NCBI GenBank assembly: GCA_965203805.1
Contig: OZ241917.1
Location: 3,776,001 to 3,840,000 of the forward strand
Direction: 5' to 3'
Source of the DNA: Candidatus Latescibacterota bacterium
GTDB taxonomy: Bacteria; Latescibacterota; UBA2968; GCA-2709665
DNA: 64,000 nt
Shown here: one piece after another, positions 49,501 through 58,227 of the stretch
Layout: every line of letters begins with the position of its first letter
How positions within the stretch are numbered: the first letter of the stretch is position 1
Translations under genes and position numbers: made by a program
Notes under the pieces: model-generated
The model's input: only the letters and a program-made list of their open reading frames with translations
The model's database searches: none
Told to the model about the DNA's origin: nothing

Positions 49501-51893
49501 GTCCGGTGCTCGAACCTGCGCTGGAAGCCATCTACGCGGTAGAGACGTCGGGTAAGACCGCGGGTCTGGAACGCGCCTTGCATCACCTCGCCGCCGAAGC
49601 CGAGCGAATCGCCGAGACATACGCGGATATGGGCGCAGACCACGCGGGACCGCTGTTTAACCGAGTCATGGGCAACCAGGCATCAGATGGCGCGTTCTTC
49701 ACCAGACCCGTCGCCGCGTCGCTCGCCGCCCGGCTGACGCTGGACGTCTGCGGAGACCTGGACTGGTCAGACCCACGCGTATGGCGGGAGCACAAGACCG
49801 TCGACCTGGCCTGCGGCAGCGGCACGCTGCTTGCCGCTGTGCTCACCGACATGAAGCGCCGAGCGGCAGAGAGGGGCGCCGACACGGAAACCCTGACCCA
49901 GCTTCAGAAAGTGGCAGTCGAGGATGTGATCAAAGGGCTAGATATCAACCCCGTTTCCCTCCAACTTGCGGCGTCCCAACTGACGGCGGGCAACCATAGA
50001 GTCAGCTACCGCAGAATGGGACTTCACCAGATGCCCTACGGCCCCGATAATTCCGGCAGGGTGTCGGTGGGGACGCTCGAACTGCTGGGGCAGCGGTCTA
50101 TCGTATCGAGGCGGGGCGAACTGGATCTGGGCGACGACGTGGCAATCGATTCGGAGGCTACCTGGGCGTCAGCCGACGACACAGAGCTTGAGGACGCGGT
50201 TGACGCTGCGCAGGATGCCCGCATCGTCATCATGAACCCGCCGTTCACCAACCGCGCCAACATGGGCGAAAAATTCCCGCAGGAGACTCAGAACAAGCTG
50301 CGCGCCCGTGCGGACGCCTTAGAACGAAAACTGACGGAGGCGGACCCGGGTTTGGTAGAGTTCGGGAGTAAAAATTCCATTGGACCGCTTTTCGTCGCAC
50401 TGGCCGATCATTGCCTCGATCGTTCTCATGGGGTTATGACGATGATCGAACCAACTGTATCTCTCACTGGGTCATCACAATTGCAGAAGAGAAGATCACT
50501 CGCTCAGCGTTTTCACATCCACACGGTGTTGACCTCGCACCAGCCTCAAAACATCAACATGAGCCAGCACACGAACATCAACGAGAGCATCATTGTATTG
50601 CGCCGCCACCCCGTCGGTTCCAAGCCGCCCACGCGGTTCATCAATCTCGATATAATGCCAGTGGACGACGGCGAGGTCGCAGATTTTCATCGATGTCTGC
50701 TGGACTGTGAAAGAGGCCTGATGGCGAACGGATGGGGCGCAGTCTCTTACTGGCCTGCTGAGCGCATCAATGTCGGCGATTGGACGGCGGGGGTGTTTCG
50801 ATCGCCAGAACTAGCCAATGCTGCGTTCGATTTCGCTACTCACAATTCGCTTATTCGGATGGAGAAACAAGGTATGGAGCCATCCTCAGTGTTAGATGGG
50901 GGAGCGCAATTGGTTCAATTCAGACAGGCTGACGCAGATGCGCCGGGCGCTTTTCCGGTCTTTTATTCCAAGTCCGCCGGGGCCCAGCGGACCATTCGAG
51001 GTGTACCTGATCAGCATCGGGCACCCCAAAGGCTTGTTCCACCGGATGAATGGGTTAATATTCCCGGCGTGGATGGTCAACACCACCCTGACAATGCCCG
51101 TCGGATCGTGGCCCAAACCTCCCACCTGTTGGTGACGGGCGGGCAGCGCACCGGCACGGCCCGTTTGACAGCCGTGGCACAAAAGGAGCGGCATGTCGGC
51201 ATTGGTTGGTTGCCTGTGCCGGGTATGACCTTCAATCAGGCGAAGGCCGCGGCTGTTTTTCTCAACTCAACCCCGGGGCGGCTGCAACTGTTGCGCAATC
51301 CCGGAATGACTCTGGAATTTCCAAAGTACAGACCTGATGCTCTGAAGACCATCTGTTTGCCTGATCTCTCCGATAATGTTCTCGTTGACAGTTTGGCTCA
51401 CTGTTGGGATTGCACGAAGGACATGGTGGTGCCGCAATACCGGGTTGGCGAATGTGAAGTGCGCCGCCTGTGGGATGAAGCGGTAGCCGACGCGATGGGC
51501 TGGGACGCTGAGGAACTCACACGGCTGCGCCTGTTGCTGCATCAGGAACCGCATGTGCGCGGGCTGGGCTACGGGCAGTACGCAGATGAGGTGGACATTG
51601 AACCTGTCGACCGTGAGCGATTCATTGAATTGGCTGACCAATGGGAAATTGAAACTGTGCTGCTGTCACGCACCGACCTGATGATTAAACATCCCGCCCA
51701 CCAAAAAATCATCAGTATGGGTGAGCCGGCAGTACCCCTGATCCTGCAACGGATGAGATCACAGGGCGGACACTGGTTTACAGCTCTTCGCGACATCACC
51801 AACGCTAACCCCGTTCAATCCGCCGACAGAGGCAATGTATCGGCTATGCAGGAGGCCTGGCTGAAATGGGGCGAAGCCAATGGATACGCCTAG
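46521..51893 (+). CDS. Type ISP-like restriction-modification enzyme: Mrr-type nuclease + SF2 helicase + N6-adenine MTase + TRD, with extra C-terminal helical domain
   Basis: DVGIDAVA..IQCK (Mrr), PCGTGKT, DEAH, TATPR, QAVGRAMR (helicase), GAFFTRP, DLACGSGTLL, MNPPF (MTase). Confidence 0.9.
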   Translation: MQEEKMTDVIESAIKKTAEMNPQETDGEWLEVVTVWSAPFIKEWDISACWHWEDWPDRETHFPNTTRLDVGIDAVAVRRGDGQHVAIQCKSRRLDDKGRGTSIHNNEIAKFAAASAANFWAERWVVTNGDNPLASGAAQSASMSEKPLKLVNITNDLHQQSQSSAASEENEYGTSPERDDAIQTKSCMQDEAVANSVRILKEQEHSESGGLPLGEARGRIILPCGTGKTRISLRIVEELTPPGELSIVLCPSIALVSQIRREYLENAAVPLDVLAVCSDATAGYDPGKEGRRNATLDPTVDNSNVSASEVKGRVTTDAGEIAEWMGRSTYDNGIKVLIGTYQSSGTVSEALLSAGGRACVLIADEAHRTAGLKRKNSKSAAANEEEKRLRDFTVCHDSDRFPANYRVYQTATPRIYDGKRAIGNPNWIVRSMDDETTFGVELYRKSYLEAVRNRWLSDYRIIAMGINDPEAFETANVLAKKTKSKGHGKLTTSDYMRGLAYALTMGGATQGESVDIRSCIAFMNTVDKSKNMAEDLQSENVKEWVSRWLDENADGRDVSDYSLEHLDASSNAAARETAKGRLASADAKNPHGIINVGIFGEGTDSPSLSAVAFLEARRSPIDVVQAVGRAMRTAPNKELGYIVCPILIPPTADPEKWLSNSDSEEGWQELGQILLALRAHDQRIEESLEELLQLYIPKPPPVERTLVAVASAEGNRIQYGEVEGPPGAAQEAVEQVLKGKTRSESGIRRISETHAGFQAQYSTKSTSEAPRTSEKPVDYRAVEITQVFTGKKNDDGSIELRADSVDRDKPDAGEARGVVNIQKTKAKARKMINSGEGGIRVKPGSHKKTRKTAKERAEEKGQVMLKLSGLEEHGSAIKMNLLAKSGLSDNRVIRDLNILEGSVSEAAHHMRADGLLHALNQHFGLDRLKKTDKKHADGCTVAALLMMNAAMLHQRIANGGWLSGISDLSIVKNEVNVVRKMSREWERIMRHDFRPVLEPALEAIYAVETSGKTAGLERALHHLAAEAERIAETYADMGADHAGPLFNRVMGNQASDGAFFTRPVAASLAARLTLDVCGDLDWSDPRVWREHKTVDLACGSGTLLAAVLTDMKRRAAERGADTETLTQLQKVAVEDVIKGLDINPVSLQLAASQLTAGNHRVSYRRMGLHQMPYGPDNSGRVSVGTLELLGQRSIVSRRGELDLGDDVAIDSEATWASADDTELEDAVDAAQDARIVIMNPPFTNRANMGEKFPQETQNKLRARADALERKLTEADPGLVEFGSKNSIGPLFVALADHCLDRSHGVMTMIEPTVSLTGSSQLQKRRSLAQRFHIHTVLTSHQPQNINMSQHTNINESIIVLRRHPVGSKPPTRFINLDIMPVDDGEVADFHRCLLDCERGLMANGWGAVSYWPAERINVGDWTAGVFRSPELANAAFDFATHNSLIRMEKQGMEPSSVLDGGAQLVQFRQADADAPGAFPVFYSKSAGAQRTIRGVPDQHRAPQRLVPPDEWVNIPGVDGQHHPDNARRIVAQTSHLLVTGGQRTGTARLTAVAQKERHVGIGWLPVPGMTFNQAKAAAVFLNSTPGRLQLLRNPGMTLEFPKYRPDALKTICLPDLSDNVLVDSLAHCWDCTKDMVVPQYRVGECEVRRLWDEAVADAMGWDAEELTRLRLLLHQEPHVRGLGYGQYADEVDIEPVDRERFIELADQWEIETVLLSRTDLMIKHPAHQKIISMGEPAVPLILQRMRSQGGHWFTALRDITNANPVQSADRGNVSAMQEAWLKWGEANGYA

Positions 51894-52332
51894 ATCGGTG
51901 CGGTTTCTTGCTCAAGAATTCCACAGGCTATCCTATGAAGGCTTTGAAATCGTCGGAGAACCCTCCAAGCGATACAATTGCATCGCGTACGCCGCCGGTG
52001 ATACAACTAACCCCTGGAGTCATCACGAAGACGACTACTGGCCCGAGTATGCTACTCGTTCGGCCGACATCCAAAGCCTCGTGGAAGTGTTCGCCGGTCT
52101 GGGATTTGTGCAATGCCAGGACAGCAGTCTCGAAAAAGACTACGAAAAGGTGGCGTTGTACGAAAAACAGGATGAGTGGATGCATGCGGCACTACAGACC
52201 CCCAACGGGCGCTGGCGCAGCAAAATGGGACAAGGGTCGGTGATAGAACATCTCAGCCCTGAGTCGCTTTCCGGCGGAATGTACGGCAATCCGACAATCT
52301 ACATGCGAAGAGCTCTCATCGCTCCGGATTGA
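51880..52332 (+). CDS. Small papain-fold (Cys-His) protein, DUF7689-like
   Basis: YNCIAYAAG, YWP, EKVALY, HAALQ..G.W.SKMG, IEH, YG; start overlaps the RM gene end by 14 nt. Confidence 0.75.
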   Translation: MDTPRSVRFLAQEFHRLSYEGFEIVGEPSKRYNCIAYAAGDTTNPWSHHEDDYWPEYATRSADIQSLVEVFAGLGFVQCQDSSLEKDYEKVALYEKQDEWMHAALQTPNGRWRSKMGQGSVIEHLSPESLSGGMYGNPTIYMRRALIAPD

Positions 52333-52552
52333 GTAACCCTGAATCTCAGACGCAGACCACAGTTTCGTGACGAATCGCCTTATTGACGTGTTTACCGGTT
52401 GGCGGTTGTTGGGGCGGAGCGAGTTGAGGAAAGACTTGGCGAGGGACGGATTCGCGGACCGGAAGGCGCCGATGCGAAAGACGAATTGTCTCGCGATTTC
52501 GTCACTGGATGGTATAACAGCCGGAAGATAAATCGGACGGACGTAACCGACT

Positions 52553-52595
52553 GCAAGAAGAAGGGCCGTGTGACTCACACGGCCCTTCTTCTTGC
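52553..52595. terminator. Perfect 21-bp inverted repeat / terminator
   Basis: GCAAGAAGAAGGGCCGTGTGA-c-TCACACGGCCCTTCTTCTTGC; related copy at 58406-58432. Confidence 0.8.
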
Positions 52596-52690
52596 TTTGG
52601 GGAAAACGAGACGGAGAAACTCCGGAGTACCGGACGGGTCAACGAGGTTTTGGGACGCCTGAGGATTTCCGATTTCATAAGCCCGAGAAA

Positions 52691-52734
52691 TATACAACAA
52701 AACTGTTGACAACGGATTCGTTGTATAGTAAAAT
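52691..52734 (+). promoter_or_regulatory. Near-consensus sigma70 promoter overlapped by a palindromic operator-like site
   Basis: TTGACA (52706)-N17-TAAAAT (52729); TATACAAC..GTTGTATA palindrome containing two ACAAC-N6-GTTG units; AAGGAG RBS before 52765. Confidence 0.7.
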
Positions 52735-52764
52735 TAGATAAGTCTCATCGAAAAGGAGATAGCA

Positions 52765-54006
52765 ATGAACTCAGCAACTGGCCGTTGGGTAAACGGCGAC
52801 GATTTTTTCAATCGTGATCGTGAATTGCGAATACTGGAAACAAAGGTTCGAGACCGTAACCACGTGTTGCTGACGGGCCAGCGGAGGATGGGAAAGACCA
52901 GCATTGTCCAGGAGCTGGGGCGTCGGCTCAAAGACGACGGATGGATCTTCCTCTTTGTGGATGTCGAAGGCGCGGATTGTTCAGAGGACGCGATCGCTGA
53001 AATCGCAAAGGCTGTACACGAGATTCGCACCATCGCATCGCGATTCGCCACCGGGCTCAAGCGTATCATCAGCGAAGGGATAGAGGAAATCAGCGCATCG
53101 GAATTCCGCGTCAAGATCCGTGCGGGGTTAAACGAGGGGAACTGGCGACGTCATGGTGAAGAGTTATTCCGTGCGTGCGCCGAGCATGATAGGCCGGTAC
53201 TCCTGGTGATCGACGAGTTGCCGATTTTTCTGAAGCGTATGTTTAAAGAAGATAACAGCGCACAACGTGTGGACGGGTTTCTCAGTTGGTTGCGCGGTGT
53301 GATTCAGGTTATAGGAAATGAAGCTCCAGTCTTCATCGTGTCCGGCAGTATCGGTCTCGAACCACTCGTGCGCGAGATCGGAATTCCCGACCGCATCAAC
53401 CATTTCTATTCCTACCGGCTCGGTCCGTGGGACCGTGAGAATTGCGTAAAGTGTTTCAGTCGTCTAGCCGAGAGTCACGCATTTTACGTTGACGAAGGGG
53501 TGGCCGAAGCAGTGTACCACGCGCTCGGGATCGGCATCCCCCACCAGGTTCAATCATTCTTCGCGCGTTTGCGGGACTTCGCCATTATGCATGGTCGCGA
53601 CCGGGTGACGGTGAAGGACGTTGAGAATGTCTATCGCAGATTGCTTCTGGGACCGTCGGGTCAAAACGACCTCGTACACTATGAGACGCGCCTAAAGGAG
53701 GCTCTGGAAGATGAGAGTTACTCGATTGCTATGGAAGTCCTCGCCGAAGCGGCAGTTGAGGAAGTGTTCACGCCAGACGCTAAGAAATGTCTCGTACGGA
53801 TGTATTCCAGGCTGGTAAATGACGCAGCCACACGCATTGCAGACGTCCTCGAGGTCCTTGAATACGACGGTTATCTCGAATCCAACGACGATGGTCATGC
53901 CTTTGCTTCGCGTTTGCTGAAAGATTGGTGGACGGCCCGCTTTCGAGATCACCATGTCCCCATACGATGCCGCGAATCCAACGAAGATTCAAGGGAGGGA
54001 ATGTAA
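52765..54006 (+). CDS. STAND/AAA-type P-loop ATPase
   Basis: FFNRDREL, Walker A GQRRMGKTS, Walker B LLVIDE, VSGSIGL, G.GIP. Confidence 0.88.
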   Translation: MNSATGRWVNGDDFFNRDRELRILETKVRDRNHVLLTGQRRMGKTSIVQELGRRLKDDGWIFLFVDVEGADCSEDAIAEIAKAVHEIRTIASRFATGLKRIISEGIEEISASEFRVKIRAGLNEGNWRRHGEELFRACAEHDRPVLLVIDELPIFLKRMFKEDNSAQRVDGFLSWLRGVIQVIGNEAPVFIVSGSIGLEPLVREIGIPDRINHFYSYRLGPWDRENCVKCFSRLAESHAFYVDEGVAEAVYHALGIGIPHQVQSFFARLRDFAIMHGRDRVTVKDVENVYRRLLLGPSGQNDLVHYETRLKEALEDESYSIAMEVLAEAAVEEVFTPDAKKCLVRMYSRLVNDAATRIADVLEVLEYDGYLESNDDGHAFASRLLKDWWTARFRDHHVPIRCRESNEDSREGM

Positions 54007-56786
54007 TGACGGGGACCAAACTATCGACACCCAGCCGAAATCCCCGGATACGAAAATTCAATCCAGGCACCCATCAGACCGACGGCGAGATAATTGAGCA
54101 GTTCGTCGTCCGCGAGCGAGAACTTGATTCTGTACTTGAGGTCCTCCGTGGAAACGTAGATTCGCCGTCGTGTCAACATGTCCTGGTGGTGGGCCCTAGA
54201 GGCAGGGGAAAAACCATGCTCCTGGTCCGCGTCGCTTCGGAGTTGCGGACGGACAAGAGCCTCGCACATCGCCTGTTTCCTGTTCGATTCATGGAAGAAA
54301 GCCAAGAGATCTTCGACCTGGCAGACTTCTGGCTGGAAGCTCTTTTTCATCTCGCCAAGGAAACTGAGGAACGCGATCCAATCCTCTCACGGGATCTGTA
54401 CAAGACGCACGGCGACCTTTCTTCGCGCTGGCGTGAAGAGTCGCTCGAGGTGCACGCTCGGGCCGCGGTCCTGGAAGCAGCGGACCGGCTGGACAGGAAA
54501 CTCGTGCTCATGGTCGAAAACATGCAATCGCTATGCGAGAACGTGGACGACGATTTCGGCTGGAAGTTCAGGGGAGCGTTGCAATCCGAACCCGAGATCA
54601 TGCTGCTCGCGTCTGCCACGACTAGGTTCGAAGGCCTGGACGACGCAGACCAGCCGTTTTTCGAACTGTTCCGGTCCATCAGCCTGGCGCCGCTAGATAC
54701 GGATGAGTGCCGCCTGCTGTGGCACGTCGTCAGCGGAGACACGGTGAGTTCACGTGAGATAAGGCCGTTACAGATTCTTACGGGCGGTAACCCGCGGCTT
54801 CTTGTCATCGTCGCCGAATTCGCGAGGCACAGATCCCTGCGCAAGCTGATGGAAGAGTTGGTGACACTTATCGACGAACACACAGAGTACTTCAGAGGAC
54901 ACCTCGAAATTCTGGCAAAGACTGAAAGGCGGGTTTACGTCTCGTTGATCGACCTCTGGCAGCGATCGAGCGCCGGAGAAATAGCGACACGTGCACGCAT
55001 GGACGTCCGTGTCGTGTCCACAATGCTGGGCAGGCTCGTCGACCGCGGTGCCGTGATTGCGGAAGGCCGCGGAAGGAAGAGATTGTACGCCCCCGCCGAA
55101 CCGCTCTATTGCATCTATTACAAGTTGCGGCGCGAGCGGGACGAGGCAGCTGTCGTGGAGAATCTGATACACTTTATGGTGGCGTTTTACGACATCCGTG
55201 AGATATCTGAAATTAGCGAACAGTTGTACCAGGAGGCACGGGAGCTTCCCGTCCTGCGCGCAGGGATGGAGCGAGTATTCGAAAAAATCTCAGATGCCGA
55301 CGAGGATTACATTCAAATGAAATGGGACTTGGTAAGAGATGCAGCCGATAAGGCTGCGATTTATCACATGGGGTTGTCTGAAACGCGGCTTGAGGCAGAA
55401 ATTAACGCAGCATTCCAGGAACAGGCGTGGCAGAGAGTGATTGAAATCATCGACGAAGCATTTGCGTCCTTGACCGCGAAGTCGTGGCAATTGTCAGAGG
55501 AATTTATCGGCCGCATTTTTCGGGCGAAAGCCTTTGCTCTTGAGCAACTTCGAGACTTTCACGGAATTGTTGTTGCGTGCGACGAACTGGTTAGGCGCAG
55601 CGGCTGCAATCGTGCAAAGGAAGTTAAGCAGAGTGTAGCCTCAATGTTGCTGCAGAAGGGACGCGCGAAAATGGAACTGGGAGATTTCGAGGGGGCCAGC
55701 ATAACGTTCGACGAGGTGGTGGAGCGCTACGGCAGCAGCAAGGCGAACTACCTTAAAAATTGGGCTGCCATGGCGTTAAACCACAAAGGTAAGGCGAGAC
55801 GGAATTTGGACGATACTCTCGGTGCCATTTCGGCATGGGAGGAGCTGATCGAGCGTTATAGTGACAGCAAAGAGTCAGAACTGCAAAATTGGGTTGCCTC
55901 TGCGTTAATTCACGTAGCGGAAGCGAGAAAAAAAATCGGCGATTCGGTTGGAGCCGCCGAATTAATCGATAATGTCATCTGTCGCTACTCCAAAAGCACC
56001 ATCCCGGATCTTCAGTATTGGGTTGCTGCTGCGTTGATCGATAAGGGTAGAATGGAAACAGAACTCGACGACTTGGAGGGTGCCTTAGCGAATTTCACGG
56101 AGGTCGTGGAACGTTATGGCGACAGCGATGAGTCGAATCTACAGCGCATTGTCGCCGGAGCGTTGTTCGATAAGGGTCGAACAAGCGAGAAACAGGGAGA
56201 TCTTGTTGGAGCAATTGCGTCATGGAAGGAGATAGTAATACGCTATGGCAATAGCGCCGATATCGATCTACAGAGATTCGTAACCGGTGTACTGATCGAC
56301 AAGGGGAGGTGCCAGGCCGAAGTGGGCCGCGCTGATGAAGCGCTGAACGTGTGCGAGCAACTTGAGTACAGATCGCGCGCGCTGCACGAGAATGAGAAGA
56401 GCCAGATCGCGTGGTTGGCACTGTGCATACGTGTCCTGGCGCTGATAGTAAAAAAAGAGACGGTAGCGGCCATGAATGCGTTTTGCTCCGTGTATGCCGG
56501 CTTTTCTCCAAAAAACGAAATTGGAGTGAAAGAGATGCTGCGGCTTGTCTCCAACTTGGTCGCAGCGGGCGCGTCGGAAGTTGAGCTTGTGGCTGTACTC
56601 TCAACCGATCCCACAAAATCGGCCGCCCTAACACCGCTCATCGTGGCCCTTCGTGAGCGGCAGGGAGAGACGGTTCGCGCGCCGGCGGAAGTGCGCGAAG
56701 TGGCTGCGGATGTGCGAGAGCAAATCGACGAACGTGTGAGGAATTGGGCGGAAGCAACGTCGGTTTCACCTGAAAGCGGCCGATGA
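54006..56786 (+). CDS. STAND-like ATPase + winged HTH + TPR repeats
   Basis: FVVREREL, Walker A GPRGRGKT, atypical Walker B LMVEN, TGGNPRL, wHTH (SAGEIATRARM..VSTMLGRL); about seven 43-aa TPR-like repeats; TAATG coupling with the upstream gene. Confidence 0.88.
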   Translation: MTGTKLSTPSRNPRIRKFNPGTHQTDGEIIEQFVVRERELDSVLEVLRGNVDSPSCQHVLVVGPRGRGKTMLLVRVASELRTDKSLAHRLFPVRFMEESQEIFDLADFWLEALFHLAKETEERDPILSRDLYKTHGDLSSRWREESLEVHARAAVLEAADRLDRKLVLMVENMQSLCENVDDDFGWKFRGALQSEPEIMLLASATTRFEGLDDADQPFFELFRSISLAPLDTDECRLLWHVVSGDTVSSREIRPLQILTGGNPRLLVIVAEFARHRSLRKLMEELVTLIDEHTEYFRGHLEILAKTERRVYVSLIDLWQRSSAGEIATRARMDVRVVSTMLGRLVDRGAVIAEGRGRKRLYAPAEPLYCIYYKLRRERDEAAVVENLIHFMVAFYDIREISEISEQLYQEARELPVLRAGMERVFEKISDADEDYIQMKWDLVRDAADKAAIYHMGLSETRLEAEINAAFQEQAWQRVIEIIDEAFASLTAKSWQLSEEFIGRIFRAKAFALEQLRDFHGIVVACDELVRRSGCNRAKEVKQSVASMLLQKGRAKMELGDFEGASITFDEVVERYGSSKANYLKNWAAMALNHKGKARRNLDDTLGAISAWEELIERYSDSKESELQNWVASALIHVAEARKKIGDSVGAAELIDNVICRYSKSTIPDLQYWVAAALIDKGRMETELDDLEGALANFTEVVERYGDSDESNLQRIVAGALFDKGRTSEKQGDLVGAIASWKEIVIRYGNSADIDLQRFVTGVLIDKGRCQAEVGRADEALNVCEQLEYRSRALHENEKSQIAWLALCIRVLALIVKKETVAAMNAFCSVYAGFSPKNEIGVKEMLRLVSNLVAAGASEVELVAVLSTDPTKSAALTPLIVALRERQGETVRAPAEVREVAADVREQIDERVRNWAEATSVSPESGR

Positions 56787-57024
56787 GGTACAGAAGCGGA
56801 GGGACCAATCGGCAACATTTGGGCGGAATCGCGACGAGAGATTTCGCCCTATCGACGCAAGATCGGGCGCCTGCGTCGACACGTTTTACCGGTTGCCGGT
56901 TGACAGCAACCGATTTTGGATTAGATTTTTTCTGTGAGAAACGCGCGAAAGTGAATCAGCCTCGCCGCCGTCTGCACGATTTGCATCGAACACGGCGTAC
57001 TTCAACCTGAGTTACGGGGATTTT

Positions 57025-58227
57025 ATGAAACCGATCGTATTTGTCGGCCTGTTCGCGTGCCTTCTGGGCGCCGCCAATGCCCAGGAAACGGCGGTAACGG
57101 CCGGCGACGTGAAGGATCCGGCCACCCTGAAGGCATTCGTGGAGTACGCAAAGTCCCAACTGGATGACATCGCCGATGCCGCGGAACTGGCCGTCCTGTG
57201 GGGCAGTATGCGTCTCGAGGGGGACTGGAAGTCGGGCAACACCTATCTGATCGTTCTGAGCGAGAGGGGATCCGTACTCTTCCACGCAGACCGGCGGGAT
57301 TTCGAAGGAAGGAACCTGAGAGGTCTCGTGGACGCCAGGGGAGACAGTGTTGGAAAGTACATCCTATCCGAGGCGGCGGCCGCTGGCGGATTTGTCGGGT
57401 ACTACTGGGACGATCCCGCCGTTGAGGGAGACGATAGCGGCCACCCCAAGGTGGCCTATGCTACAGAGTTCTTTTCCGAGGTAACCGACGAAAACCATAT
57501 CCTCGTCGGAGGTTTCTACCGCGACCTGGGGGACCTGCCCTCCGGCGATCCGGTTTCCGTTCCGCGTCCGAACGTCACGGCCAGCGAGGTGGTGGACCGC
57601 GAGACCCTGAAGGCCTTTGTCCAGGGCGTTCTGAAGGCCTTTTCTGCCGCGCTTGAGCGGATCGGTCTGGAAAAGGTCGGACAGATCAGGGACATTTTCC
57701 GCGACGAGGGAGGGTACTGGAAGCACGGCTCAATATACGCCTTTGTCGTTACCACCGCCGGATACGTGGTGTTTCACGGGGCGGACCCCGAACGCGAGAA
57801 TCGATTTGCAGATGTGAATATTGAAGACGCCAATGGCGTGAAGTTTGTCCACGAACTCTTCAGGGTGGCGCGGGAGGGTGGCGGCTACGTGGAATATACG
57901 TGGGACGATCCAACCGTGGACGAGGACGGCGACGGCGAGTTGTTGGGCGACACGACAGGCTCATTCAAGGTGAGTTACGCGCTGCTCCATACCCATCTTG
58001 GGGAAGAGTACGTTATCGCCGCCGGCATCTATCGGCGGGGGCCCGATTTCGATGAGGACGGGGCCGTCGGCTTCAGCGACTTCATTCTGTTCGCGAGGCA
58101 TTTCGGGTTGAAGAAGAATGACGCGGGTTTCGACGTTCTGTACGATCTCGACAGCAATAATGAAATCGGGTTTCAGGATTTCGTGCTCTTTGCGAAGGAC
58201 TTCGGGAAACGGGTACGGTCCAACTGA
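57025..58227 (+). CDS. Secreted protein with two Cache domains and a C-terminal EF-hand/dockerin-like pair
   Basis: Signal peptide; duplicated units (TLKAFV..W..G..Y..FH..D..G..GG.V.Y.WDDP.V); DFDEDGAVGFSDF..DLDSNNEIGFQDF. Confidence 0.85.
   Translation: MKPIVFVGLFACLLGAANAQETAVTAGDVKDPATLKAFVEYAKSQLDDIADAAELAVLWGSMRLEGDWKSGNTYLIVLSERGSVLFHADRRDFEGRNLRGLVDARGDSVGKYILSEAAAAGGFVGYYWDDPAVEGDDSGHPKVAYATEFFSEVTDENHILVGGFYRDLGDLPSGDPVSVPRPNVTASEVVDRETLKAFVQGVLKAFSAALERIGLEKVGQIRDIFRDEGGYWKHGSIYAFVVTTAGYVVFHGADPERENRFADVNIEDANGVKFVHELFRVAREGGGYVEYTWDDPTVDEDGDGELLGDTTGSFKVSYALLHTHLGEEYVIAAGIYRRGPDFDEDGAVGFSDFILFARHFGLKKNDAGFDVLYDLDSNNEIGFQDFVLFAKDFGKRVRSN

Noticed and set aside
52399-52662. 87-aa ORF over the repeated intergenic segment as a real gene
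   Set aside because: The homologous copy at 58.3 kb has an in-frame stop and the ORF runs through a strong terminator hairpin; an ancestral coding origin cannot be excluded
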